DNA of 64,000 nucleotides from Schmidtea polychroa. Lineage: Eukaryota. Every line of letters begins with the position of its first letter. The first letter of the stretch is position 1. The notes beneath the pieces are model-generated. The model saw only the letters and a list, made by a program, of their open reading frames with translations, searched no databases and was not told the origin of the DNA. The translations under genes were made by a program, and so were the position numbers. This document shows positions 41,138 to 51,293 of this stretch, piece after piece. The stretch covers positions 57,474,001 through 57,538,000 of the forward strand of contig CM097885.1 of NCBI GenBank assembly GCA_044892525.1, given 5' to 3'.

Positions 41138-41478
41138 NNNNNNNNNNNNNNNNNNNNNNNNNNNNNNNNNNNNNNNNNNNNNNNNNNNNNNNNNNNNNNN
41201 NNNNNNNNNNNNNNNNNNNNNNNNNNNNNNNNNNNNNNNNNNNNNNNNNNNNNNNNNNNNNNNNNNNNNNNNNNNNNNNNNNNNNNNNNNNNNNNNNNNN
41301 NNNNNNNNNNNNNNNNNNNNNNNNNNNNNNNNNNNNNNNNNNNNNNNNNNNNNNNNNNNNNNNNNNNNNNNNNNNNNNNNNNNNNNNNNNNNNNNNNNNN
41401 NNNNNNNNNNNNNNNNNNNNNNNNNNNNNNNNNNNNNNNNNNNNNNNNNNNNNNNNNNNNNNNNNNNNNNNNNNNNNN
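41138..41478. other. Assembly gap
   Basis: Run of N. Confidence 1.
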
Positions 41479-42695
41479 TCTTCAGGCTAAAAATCGTATT
41501 AATAACAACTAAATGAAAATAATAATATTCAAACAAATTAACAACTAATAATCGTAATCAAACTGTATCAAACTGTATCAAACTAAAAGATGTTTTAATA
41601 TAGTTTTAAAAATCATTTTTTATTACATCTTGAAAGGTTGGTAGCATGTTCACTACTAAGTATGCAACTCCAGTTGGTCTGTGTTCAGAACTCGTGTATC
41701 AATTTTCATGTAATGGGTCTAATTCCACATACATTGGAGAGACTGTCCGTCATCTGTGGACTCAAGTTTTTGAGCATTGCCGACGGAATGGATTGACTCA
41801 CATTAGTGATCATTTTAGGAAGTGTACCAGTAAAAAATGAGTATTTGCTGATCTTAAGATCTTGCTGAAGAGTTACTGAATAATTACTACGAATGAGTAA
41901 CGTGCGAGGCGTTGTTGATTAGATCTTTAAATCATATAATTAATATTCAACATGAATTTAATTAATTTAACTTGTATATTTAGTATTCAGGTGATGTTGT
42001 TGTTTATAAAAAGTTTTTGTATAAAGACAATTTTTTATTTTTAAATTTAAATTAAATTAATTTTTAATATTTATTAGAAGCGTGGTCGCTATATTAAAGC
42101 TGCTAACACATCTTCTAAATTATTTTTTAAATCCGGTTCAAAAGTTAACGACATAATTCAAGTATTTATTATATGATACATTGTATAATTTTAAACAAAT
42201 TCTCAGCGTTGAATAAAATATTTTCAAAACCATTTATTAAAATTTCAATAGTTAAAATATATTTATTTAAAAATTTTTCATTAATAAACTTCTTTTTTAG
42301 AAAGCTATTTTAATATTTAATTCAAAAATTTCAACTTAAAAAATCCAATTTAAAAATTATTTAAAAGTTATTTTCATAGTCAATTATTTACAATTTAAAA
42401 TTATTTTGATAAATCATTGAAATATTTAATTCTCAGCTGAAAACACCTCACAATATCAATTTAAAAAAATGTTTGTATGAGAATGTTAACAATTTTGTGC
42501 GTTTTTTAAAATTAAAATAATTTTTATGTGATTAAAAATTTTTTTTAAATTTTATTAAAATATGTTTTGGTTTGATACTATTTGATTACGATTATTAGTT
42601 GTTATTTTGTTTGAATATTATTATTTTTTTCATTTAGTTGTTATTAATGAGATTCCTGGCCTGAAGAAGACTGTTAAACGGTTGAAATACATAGC
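41479..42695. mobile_element. Penelope-like element remnant with inverted pseudo-LTR copies
   Basis: About 105-bp inverted repeat (41479-41585 vs 42564-42667) flanking a GIY-YIG fragment. Hammerhead-like core at 42661-42693. Confidence 0.7.
41646..41950 (+). pseudogene. Penelope-type GIY-YIG endonuclease fragment
   Basis: LVYQFSCNGSNSTYIGETVRHLWTQVFEH..HISDHFRKC, then a stop and degenerate continuation. Confidence 0.85.
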
Positions 42696-43435
42696 AATTT
42701 TATATTTTAATATATTCTGTTGGCCATTTTCTATTATGAAAACTTTGCCTTCGTTCCTTGATTATTTAAATTATTATTAAGTAATATTTTTTTTTAAATA
42801 TAATAATTAAAAAGTTTTTTAATTAGTTAATTAAAAAATATTAGGCTAAAATGTTTCGTTGAAATAATTCGTTTTTTGTTACACTTTGAATTTCATCTAA
42901 GTTTCATGTTTTCAATTCAACGAAATATGATAGTTTTGATAAAATAGATTATATTTATTATAGTAAATAAGTGTTATTCTAGATGTGAGAGAAATTTATA
43001 AAAAATCAGAAAATATAGTATAAATTTTGATATTAATTGAGAGTACAATAATTTTAAGGGTTTTCTGTTTTGTTTAAATATTTGAAATTTTGATTCATGT
43101 TTCAAAACAAAATCTCATATTTATATTTTAAAACTAATTTTTGAATTAATGATGTTAGAAAACATTGTAGACTTATTAATACTGAAAACTGATTATCTCT
43201 TCGGAGGAAGTAATCATATTGTAAGTATCTTGAGTAAGATACATACATGCATAAATAATACAATATCACACCTTTGACATTCAGAAATACATAACGTAAT
43301 ATTAAGTCATAGAAATTTAACATGCAATAATATTATTTCCAATACTTATTATTTATAGTCATCCTACATCACAAGCGTTTTAAAATTTTGATCCATTCAA
43401 CATTTCTAATTTTCGATTTTCCATTCTGAAATACG

Positions 43436-44300
43436 ATTATGAAACTTCTATCATGCAACTTCTTTATTATTTTACTTGGACCCTCAAATCTATCTTCATT
43501 TTTATTTGCCTGTTTTTCTACCAATACAACATCCCCGACATTGAAAATTCGATTTGGTCTTACATCATTGAAAAATAATTTATCTTCCTTATTTCACTGC
43601 ATTCGTTTTTGTAACTCCAATCTTTCTAATTTACGCTTTTCCATTATTAATTATAGTTCACATGGTTCGTCATTTTCATGCCGCTCTCTGGCAATCTTTT
43701 TCCTAAAAACAATTTTTGCAACTGATTAGTTTTCTGAATTGTTGTATTCAACATAAATTCAACTTCAGGAAATATTTCGACCAAGTCTTTGTATATTCTT
43801 TCTTTTAAAGAAATCTGGATGGCATATCTAATAGTTCTAAATTGACGTTCAATTGGTCCATTAGGTGCATGATAATACGGACTTGAATATACTATATTAA
43901 TACCATGTTTCTCTGCTAATTCTTTTATTAAAGCTGACTGAAATACTTTTCCTGTATAACAATGAATACTCTTTGGGCAGTAAATTTCAAAATCCATTTT
44001 TCGTTAATTATTACTGCAACTGTATATTCATCTTGCTCAGAAACCACACATCAAGAAATATATTTACTAAATTGCGTTATAACTGTCGAAATATACTTCT
44101 TTCCACTCCTAGCAGTTTTCATTATGAAACAAAAGTCAATGAAAATTGATTCAAATAAATTAACTCCTATAGGTATAATTATTTTATTTGCTGTTTCTCA
44201 TGTCAAATTTCCTAGAAATATAGAAATATTGCATTCAGTTCTCGATAGGGCATCTGCATTAGAATGTGTTTCATCTATACGGTATGCCATTTCAATGTTC
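43436..44300 (-). pseudogene. Degenerate Gypsy RNase H end and integrase
   Basis: HSNADALSR, GKVFQS, YSSPYYHAPNGPIERQFRTI, and FNVGDVVLV..RFEGP, interrupted by stops and frameshifts. Confidence 0.8.
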
Positions 44301-45605
44301 AGACCACTTTATTGATTGATCCATGTTTGAAATTGAGGTGTGATTGGCTTCTTGGTCTTCAACATATACGTTATTGCTTTAGGTCTGTTTTTAGTTTAAA
44401 CCTTTTACCATATAAATAATGTTTGAAATGTTTGGTAAAATAGATTATGGCTAATAATTTTTTCCAAGTGCTAGAATAGTGATACAATAAAAAATATTTG
44501 ATTTTGAGAAATGAAAACAAAATCTATATTCATAAACTAATTAAAAGTCCAAATGAAAAAAGGAGATCAAATATGAATAAAATGAAACCAAATAATTCAA
44601 TATGGTTCCATTTCAAAATGATATTTTAGATGACCCTTTGCATAATAAAAAATATTGGATTCAGAATACATTTATATGGACAACAGAAGATGATATCCAA
44701 AGCATGTAATGGCTGAGGTTTTGGTTGCGTCACGGTACCCAATGTAATAAGATTATAAATCAGAATTTTTATCTTTCTTGAATTTTATAAATCAAAACTT
44801 GAGTGACAGGGATTTTGTTACTTAAATATGCAAAAATATCCATCTTAACTGATCAGATTATTTAAGGTTATAATATGTAAAATTTGACGTTTAAATGATA
44901 AATAAAAAATATCAAATAAAACAAGCAAATATCAGCAAGTCGAAAGAAGATGAAATTAAAAAAAAATTATAATTAATGAAACAATGATTTATGTTCAAAA
45001 GTTGACAGGCTTCCTTAATTTTGCGTTTACGTCCTTTTGTATTTTTTTTAAATTACTACAAAAATACAATTAATAAGAATGTAATTAGTAACCACATCTT
45101 TATTTTCCCAAATCAAATAATTACAAATTATGCCATAAGCGTAAAATAGTCAATTATAACAAAATTATGATAGTGACGAATAATCAATCTAAATAATCTT
45201 ATAATACCAATAATATTTCACGTAAATATTTTTACAATAAAATATAATATTGATAAATAATTAAAAAGTTATATTAATTACAACTTTAATTAGTTAAAAT
45301 TAATATATCTATCAACCAGTTTTATAAAAATATCATATATTGCATATGATTTAATTTGATGATGTTATTTAGCAACGGTTCTCAAACTTTTTCCACGAAG
45401 ACCCCTTTAATTTCTTTTCAAAGTTTTGGCGACCTACTCAAAACAAAAACAAAATTTACCGGTTTCAGCAATTTTAGCGAAAATAAATTTGGTAAAATAT
45501 GGTTTCTCCGATAAACTAATTAATTAGAAAAATAGGATGCGATGGTGAATTCTAAGCTCATACAGTAATATACAGTAATGATACAATTTCCACTGCTCAG
45601 ATATA

Positions 45606-45868
45606 AATAGTGAGGAATCTATGCACCCCAGCACCCCCACCCTAAAAAAAAACAGCGCTATTGACCCATATTTTCCACATTTATATGCTTTTTTACCCCA
45701 TATTCTTCACTTTTTTTAACTTTTAAACTTTGTCCCCTATTGCCATTAACCCTTAATTTCTTCCCTTAAAAGTAAAAAAGTTCGGAATAGATGTATTTAT
45801 AGATTAGTAATTCCGAGAAAAGGTAACGGGGTGCATAGATTCCTCACTACTTGGTCTTAAGGATTTAA
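45606..45868 (+). repeat. Left TIR (263 bp) with an internal inverted copy of the terminal 24 bp at 45828-45851
   Basis: Reverse complement of 60265-60527. By eye the only difference is base 2 (AATAGT vs AGTAGT). Confidence 0.97.
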
Positions 45869-46529
45869 TGTTATAAGGATTTAATGTTATAAGAATATCA
45901 GATTACCTAATTCATAATGATCTAGGTCGCCTGATCACCTTAAGGTTTTGAAAGTTTTAAAAATAAAAAATTTTATGAAAATAGTAAAACTGCTCTGAGG
46001 GGACAGTGGAATTTTTTTTTTTTTTTTTTTTTTTTTTCACTGTCCCCTCAACAGTTTTTTTTGATCCGGATCATTTTTTTTTTTATTTATCAACCTCTTT
46101 CGTTTATCAAATCTCTTCCAATATACAAGCTGGCCAGACTCATACATCAGAATCAATCCGATAATAGCAGCACGCCTTATTATTCGCTTCTCGCTCACGA
46201 AGTCGATTTCAACGGCGTTTTAAGCGTGCTGCTCGAAAGTACAAATGAATTCGAAAGCGAATCCGAAAGAGGTCCGAAAACAACCAAGAAATAAATGTGC
46301 ACATTATAGAATCGATCCGGGGGTGTTCGAAAGACAGGTGGCGATAATTACCGGTTCGCCACCATCACCCGTTTCAATATTTTTTTTTTCATATTTATGT
46401 TTAAAAAATAACTAAAATAATTAAAAAAATAAAATAAAATAAAATAAATAAAATAAAATATACAAGTACTTTATAAATATAAGATACCCACACTATTATT
46501 TTTAAATTTTTAATATTATTTTTATGTTG

Positions 46530-46611
46530 AAAAAAAACTAACCACAGTTAGGATTTGAACCGCTATCTATTTGAACCACTGTGCCAGTCTAGCCCACTGC
46601 GCCATCAAGGT
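46530..46611 (-). ncRNA. tRNA-like Pol III unit 1
   Basis: A-box TGGCGCAGTGG, B-box GGTTCAAATCC, tRNA-length spacing and a downstream T-run. The cloverleaf is incomplete. Confidence 0.55.
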
Positions 46612-46769
46612 TTGAATTTTTGTCATTTTTTAGACTATAAATAATCGATTCAAGTTAAAACGTTTTTGATCTTAAATTTCCAAGAGTTGCCGTTGACCAA
46701 TCACCTTTAAAATTTGTACAAGTACTAAATCGAGTATGCTGATCAATATTTTGTTTAAAAAAAAATTTG

Positions 46770-46850
46770 AAAAAAAATGACCGAAATGGGATTTGAACCC
46801 ATTGGTATTGGCAATGCAGTCGAGTGCTATTACCACTAAGCTATACTCAA
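46770..46850 (-). ncRNA. tRNA-like Pol III unit 2 (tRNA-Cys-like 5' half)
   Basis: GTATAGCTTAGTGGTAATAGCACTCGACTGCA resembles eukaryotic tRNA-Cys(GCA). Perfect T-arm ATGGG-TTCAAAT-CCCAT and a T8 terminator. Acceptor and anticodon stems do not pair. Confidence 0.65.
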
Positions 46851-47003
46851 TATGAAATAAGTTGTTAATGTGTGACTATTTATTGATGAAATTAATAATT
46901 AATTATTCATTTTCTCGACAACTACCACTCAGATCCATCTGAAAATTTAAATATATACTAAAATCAGTACGCTGAATCAGATTCCGTTGAAAAAAAAATA
47001 TCG

Positions 47004-47085
47004 AAAAAAATTGACCAAAATCGAAAATTGAACCCGGTACTCCCGGTGATAAAATTGAAGCCTATTCCCACTCCGCTATAATGGC
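47004..47085 (-). ncRNA. tRNA-like Pol III unit 3
   Basis: A-box TAGCGGAGTGG, degenerate B-box GGTTCAATTTT, 5 of 7 acceptor pairs (GCCATTA/TTTTGGT) and a T7 run. Confidence 0.5.
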
Positions 47086-47141
47086 TTACATAATATATTT
47101 AATTAATCCTATTGTGTGTGTGTAAATTTTAATATATAAAA

Positions 47142-48434
47142 ATGAATAATATAAATCTTAAAATTCAAGAAAAAAATAAATTAAATCTTGATTATAATAA
47201 AGAATTTACTCATGAAATCAAGAAAAACGATGTACTTAAAATCTCCCCAACTTCAGGATCTATTGCAAACTTAAATCGTAGGGGTGATATAGTTTTTCAA
47301 TCTCTTCAAACATCAAACCCTATAGATATTTGTAATGCCAAATTATATTATAAAATCGAATTAGAAATTGAAGCAAACAAAGATATAACCCTAGAAAATA
47401 ATTTCTTTCCAAATTTATTCTCCAACATGAGATTAAAACTAGGATCATCAGAAATTGAAACTGTTTTACATCCGGGAGTATATTCTACAATGTTAAATTT
47501 TATTTTGACTGGTTGTGATTATAAAAACGAATATGGTGAATTAACAGGTTGGATTCCTGATGTTAATAAAGGGGATTTAGATAAAGATGGTTTAGATGTA
47601 AACCATGGTTACCATAAAAGAGCTGAACTTTATAAATCTAAAAAATTTGAAGGTTATTTTGAATTAAAACACTTGTTTGGATTCCTTCAAAACTATAATC
47701 GTATACTTCATAATGTTTTTATAGAATTCATCTGTAATAGAGTAGAAGGTGATAAAAGATTGTTCTATGGAGCTGTAGATACAAAAGCTAAATTAAAATT
47801 ATCAACACTTGAATTACATATACCTGAATGGACATTAAACCCACATTCTGAAATTAAACTCCTTGAAAGATTAAATTCCAACAAGTCTATAAATGTAAAT
47901 TATTTAAATAGAATCTGTAGTGAATTTAGTATGACAGAGGGTTCAACATATTCTATAAAGGTAGCAAATTTAGCATACCGACCAAGATATATCTTGATTG
48001 GATTCAAAGAAGTAGATTCATCTTTCCAAAAAAATAACAACTTGTTTATTCAAAAGATTGGAGTTGATAATTTAAAAACAATCCAAATTCAATTAAATAG
48101 TTCTTATTATCCAATAAATAGAATGGAATTTAATATTGAAAATAATGAAAACATATTCCCATATCTAAATTATATTGAAACATGTTATGATTTCAAAGTT
48201 GAACCGCAATTAAGTTTAGAAGATTTCAAAAATTTATATTCTATATTTTGTATAAATGTTTCAGACCAAGATGATCGCCTAGCCATAAATAATGTTGATG
48301 TTACACTCCATGTAACAAAGGATTCTAATTTTAAAGCTAAAGTATATACATTAATATTAGAAGAAAAGAAAATAGAAATGAAATTATATGGTGGAAAGAT
48401 TTCAATAATCGAAAATGTTAGGGGAGATTCTTGA
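47142..48434 (+). CDS. Polinton major capsid protein (double jelly-roll, PY/hexon-like)
   Basis: ITLENNFFPNLFS.MRLKLG..EIE..LHPG.YSTM and PRYILIGF match remembered Polinton MCP motifs. 430 aa and beta-rich. Confidence 0.85.
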   Translation: MNNINLKIQEKNKLNLDYNKEFTHEIKKNDVLKISPTSGSIANLNRRGDIVFQSLQTSNPIDICNAKLYYKIELEIEANKDITLENNFFPNLFSNMRLKLGSSEIETVLHPGVYSTMLNFILTGCDYKNEYGELTGWIPDVNKGDLDKDGLDVNHGYHKRAELYKSKKFEGYFELKHLFGFLQNYNRILHNVFIEFICNRVEGDKRLFYGAVDTKAKLKLSTLELHIPEWTLNPHSEIKLLERLNSNKSINVNYLNRICSEFSMTEGSTYSIKVANLAYRPRYILIGFKEVDSSFQKNNNLFIQKIGVDNLKTIQIQLNSSYYPINRMEFNIENNENIFPYLNYIETCYDFKVEPQLSLEDFKNLYSIFCINVSDQDDRLAINNVDVTLHVTKDSNFKAKVYTLILEEKKIEMKLYGGKISIIENVRGDS

Positions 48435-48463
48435 TATAATCCCTGATATTTTAACATTTTAAA

Positions 48464-49846
48464 ATGTCTTTAAATAAATATTGGAGATGTGAAACTTGTA
48501 ATTGTCAAGTTACAAGACATCATAAAGCAAGCCATCTTAAAACTAAAAAACATACAGTAGGTGACCTAATTCCACGAGCTGGAGGCGATTTGCAATCTTC
48601 AAAAACAACATCTTCAATATTAAAACCTTTTACTACAGAAAAATATCCAGGTGAAAGACATTTATTTAAACACAACTATACTGGACCAGGAACACGTCTA
48701 GATATTAGATTAGATGAAAATAATAATCCCAAACAAGGAGAAGAACCAATAAATAGAATTGATCAAGCAGCTCTAAAACATGATATTGCTTACAATTCAG
48801 AAGATCTTAGAGATAGACATGTTGCAGATGTTAATTTAATACATGATTTAAATAGTATCCAAAATCCATCAACCCAAGAAAAGATTCAAAGAGCTCTAGT
48901 TAAATTAGCAATGAAAGGTAAGATTTTCATAGGTGCTAGTTTACCAAGGATGGCAAAAGATGTTGCTAATAAAAAGATTATTGAACAAGCAGATGCTGAA
49001 AGATCCCTCGAGAATATATCCAAGACTAATTTATTAACCCCAACAGAATCACAAATAAAATATGCCAACGAATTACACCATGAATTTAGAAAAAATAAAA
49101 AATATTTAAAAGTTCAAGTACATGAAAAAGATCAAACATGGTCTGCAGATTTAGTCTTTATGCCCAAATCATCAGACCCTGAAAAATATAAAATAATTTT
49201 AACTGTAATAGATTTATATACAAGATTTGCTTTTGCAAGATGTTTAGAAAATAAAACAGGATATTCTATTACAGAAGCATTTGAAAATATATTTGAAGAA
49301 AATCAAAGAATCCCAAAATATTTATGGTGTGATAAAGGAACAGAATTTTATAACAAAGTTTTTACAAAGTTTTTAAATGAAAATGATATTAAATTATATT
49401 CAACAGAAAACGAAGGAAAAGCAGTCGTAGTTGAAAGATTAAATAGAACATTAAAAAATAAAATGTGGAAATATTTTACTGCTATTGGAAAACAAAAATG
49501 GAACAATGAATTGTTACAAAAGATTGTAAATGAATATAATAATGATGTACATAGTTCTATAAAATTAACACCTTTAAATGCTTCCATGAAGCCTGAAACC
49601 ATTAAAGTGGTAAATATTGAAAATGATGTTATTGAAAAACCAAAGTTTAAAATTGGTGACCGAGTAAGAATATTTAAATATAAAAATAAATTTGAAAAAG
49701 GATTCACAGCAAAATGGACAAATGAAATTTTTATTATAAATAAAATACATTATACAACTCCAATAACATATAGCATCTTTGATTTAAATAATGAAAAAAT
49801 ATTAGGTAGATTTTATAATAATGAACTACAGAAAACAGATTTTTAA
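48464..49846 (+). CDS. Zinc finger-PLA2-retroviral-type integrase fusion
   Basis: CETC..H..H finger; YTGPG and DQAALKHDIAY (parvovirus-type PLA2); WSADL, IDLYTR, WCDKGTEF, VVERLNRTLK (rve D,D,E); KFKIGDRVRI and YNNELQK. No terminal chromodomain. Confidence 0.92.
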   Translation: MSLNKYWRCETCNCQVTRHHKASHLKTKKHTVGDLIPRAGGDLQSSKTTSSILKPFTTEKYPGERHLFKHNYTGPGTRLDIRLDENNNPKQGEEPINRIDQAALKHDIAYNSEDLRDRHVADVNLIHDLNSIQNPSTQEKIQRALVKLAMKGKIFIGASLPRMAKDVANKKIIEQADAERSLENISKTNLLTPTESQIKYANELHHEFRKNKKYLKVQVHEKDQTWSADLVFMPKSSDPEKYKIILTVIDLYTRFAFARCLENKTGYSITEAFENIFEENQRIPKYLWCDKGTEFYNKVFTKFLNENDIKLYSTENEGKAVVVERLNRTLKNKMWKYFTAIGKQKWNNELLQKIVNEYNNDVHSSIKLTPLNASMKPETIKVVNIENDVIEKPKFKIGDRVRIFKYKNKFEKGFTAKWTNEIFIINKIHYTTPITYSIFDLNNEKILGRFYNNELQKTDF

Positions 49847-49857
49847 GTCGACAAGCC

Positions 49858-50664
49858 CTAAAACAAACTTTTCCATATTTCAGCTTCTTCTCTATCCAAA
49901 TAAATATAATTATATTTTTCTTTCCAATGATTATCAACAAACATATCAAACATATTCTTATCAGGTTCAACATTTGAAAATAAATCATTATAAATCATAT
50001 TCTTATCACGGCGATCTAATTTAAAAAATATAAAACAATTGGAATTATTTCTTATTGAATTTTTATCTAAAGCATAATATGTTTGAGATATATAAATAAC
50101 ATTACAATTATTATGTCGACCTCGTGTAAAGTAACTCTTTTGAATCTCTTGATTTTTCATATTAACAACATCATCAAATATAACTAGATTCTTTTTATCT
50201 TTAGGAAGTAAATCACAATGTAAAACATCTTCAGGTTTATTAGAGAATAAAACTTGAATTGCCTCCTGCCCTTCTTCACAAATATAATCATTTTTATTAC
50301 TAATATCTGATTCTAAAATCTTTTCCTTATACCAATCAACCATATCACAAGGTTGAAAAACTTCTTCAGGACACCTATGTTGATTTTTAAAAATATCAAT
50401 TATTGCTTTTTTAGTTAATTTATTTTCAAATCCACATTTCAAAAGTTGTAATTCTGGTTGATTTATGGTTGTAGAATAAAAGATTAAATTATTATAATCC
50501 AAAAAACCATCTTCTAATAACATTCTCATAAGAAGAACATTCTTTCCACATCCAGAAGATCCAATAATTAAGCATCTAAAATTATCAGGAAATACTTTAT
50601 TATTAAATTTACTCTTATGTCTATTTAAAATTGGTTTCCAAATTATTGGACTTCGTACATCCAT
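49858..50664 (-). CDS. A32/FtsK-like packaging ATPase (likely start at ATG 50664)
   Basis: Walker A IIGSSGCGKN (N at the usual S/T position), Walker B LVIFDD, RGRHNN..IYISQ. Confidence 0.9.
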   Translation of the reverse strand: MDVRSPIIWKPILNRHKSKFNNKVFPDNFRCLIIGSSGCGKNVLLMRMLLEDGFLDYNNLIFYSTTINQPELQLLKCGFENKLTKKAIIDIFKNQHRCPEEVFQPCDMVDWYKEKILESDISNKNDYICEEGQEAIQVLFSNKPEDVLHCDLLPKDKKNLVIFDDVVNMKNQEIQKSYFTRGRHNNCNVIYISQTYYALDKNSIRNNSNCFIFFKLDRRDKNMIYNDLFSNVEPDKNMFDMFVDNHWKEKYNYIYLDREEAEIWKSLF

Positions 50665-50679
50665 TTTGTTTATTATAAA

Positions 50680-51210
50680 ATGACAACTGAAGAATCTTTG
50701 CAAGAATTAATAAATTCAAATAAAAATAAATCAGTAGTAATTGATGGTAAAAAATATTTTATTGGAAAACATGTAAAAGAACAAGTTAGAGCGAAGATCC
50801 ACGAAGCTAAAGAAGGTGGCATTCTTCCATTAGCTGCTTTAATACCTGCAATCATTGCTGGTTTATCAGGTGCTGCTGGAATAGCTGGAGGAATTGCAAC
50901 TACAGTTCAAAAAGCTAAAGAATCTCAAAAGACAGACCTAGAAAAAGAAAAACTACAAACTGAAATCGATTCAATGAAGAAGGTAGGGCAAGCTAAAGGG
51001 GGAGTGTCCGTTGGAAAAGGTCTCTATCTTAATCCATATCAAGGGACTCCGTCTCAGGGGAGTCGGCAAAAGTCTCAGGGCAAAGGTCTCTATCTTGATC
51101 CTTATAAAGGTAGAGGTTTAAATGATTTTTTAAAAAATCAAATTTCTACATCTGAATCTTTATCTTCAAAAGATAAAGAAGATTTAAAAAAAATATGTAA
51201 ATCTTTGTAA
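50680..51210 (+). CDS. Putative virion core protein with adenovirus pX/mu-like hydrophobic segment
   Basis: GGILPLAALIPAIIAGLSGAAGIA resembles adenovirus pX GGILPLLIPLIAAAIGAVPGIA. Repeated GKGLYL.PY motifs. Confidence 0.6.
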   Translation: MTTEESLQELINSNKNKSVVIDGKKYFIGKHVKEQVRAKIHEAKEGGILPLAALIPAIIAGLSGAAGIAGGIATTVQKAKESQKTDLEKEKLQTEIDSMKKVGQAKGGVSVGKGLYLNPYQGTPSQGSRQKSQGKGLYLDPYKGRGLNDFLKNQISTSESLSSKDKEDLKKICKSL

Positions 51211-51293
51211 AACTAAAAATGGTAAAGGATTATACTTGAAGCCCTTTCCAACGGATCCTTTACCAAAATGATACCATTTTTGATACCATTAAA

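Noticed and set aside
40192-41536. Long X-rich ORFs (also 29039-29425)
   Set aside because: Artefacts of N-gaps.
46061-46294. 77-aa ORF in the Polinton left region
   Set aside because: TTG start inside a palindrome and T-run, lacking the AAAATG context that most other element ORFs have. No motif, though the local GC richness leaves slight doubt.
46530-47085. Functional tRNA genes
   Set aside because: Anticodon stems do not pair in any unit and the acceptor stem fails in unit 2. They are kept as tRNA-like Pol III units instead.
50665-50703. ATPase start at 50703 from the ORF track
   Set aside because: It is a TTG overlapping the opposite ORF. ATG 50664 has the AAAATG context.
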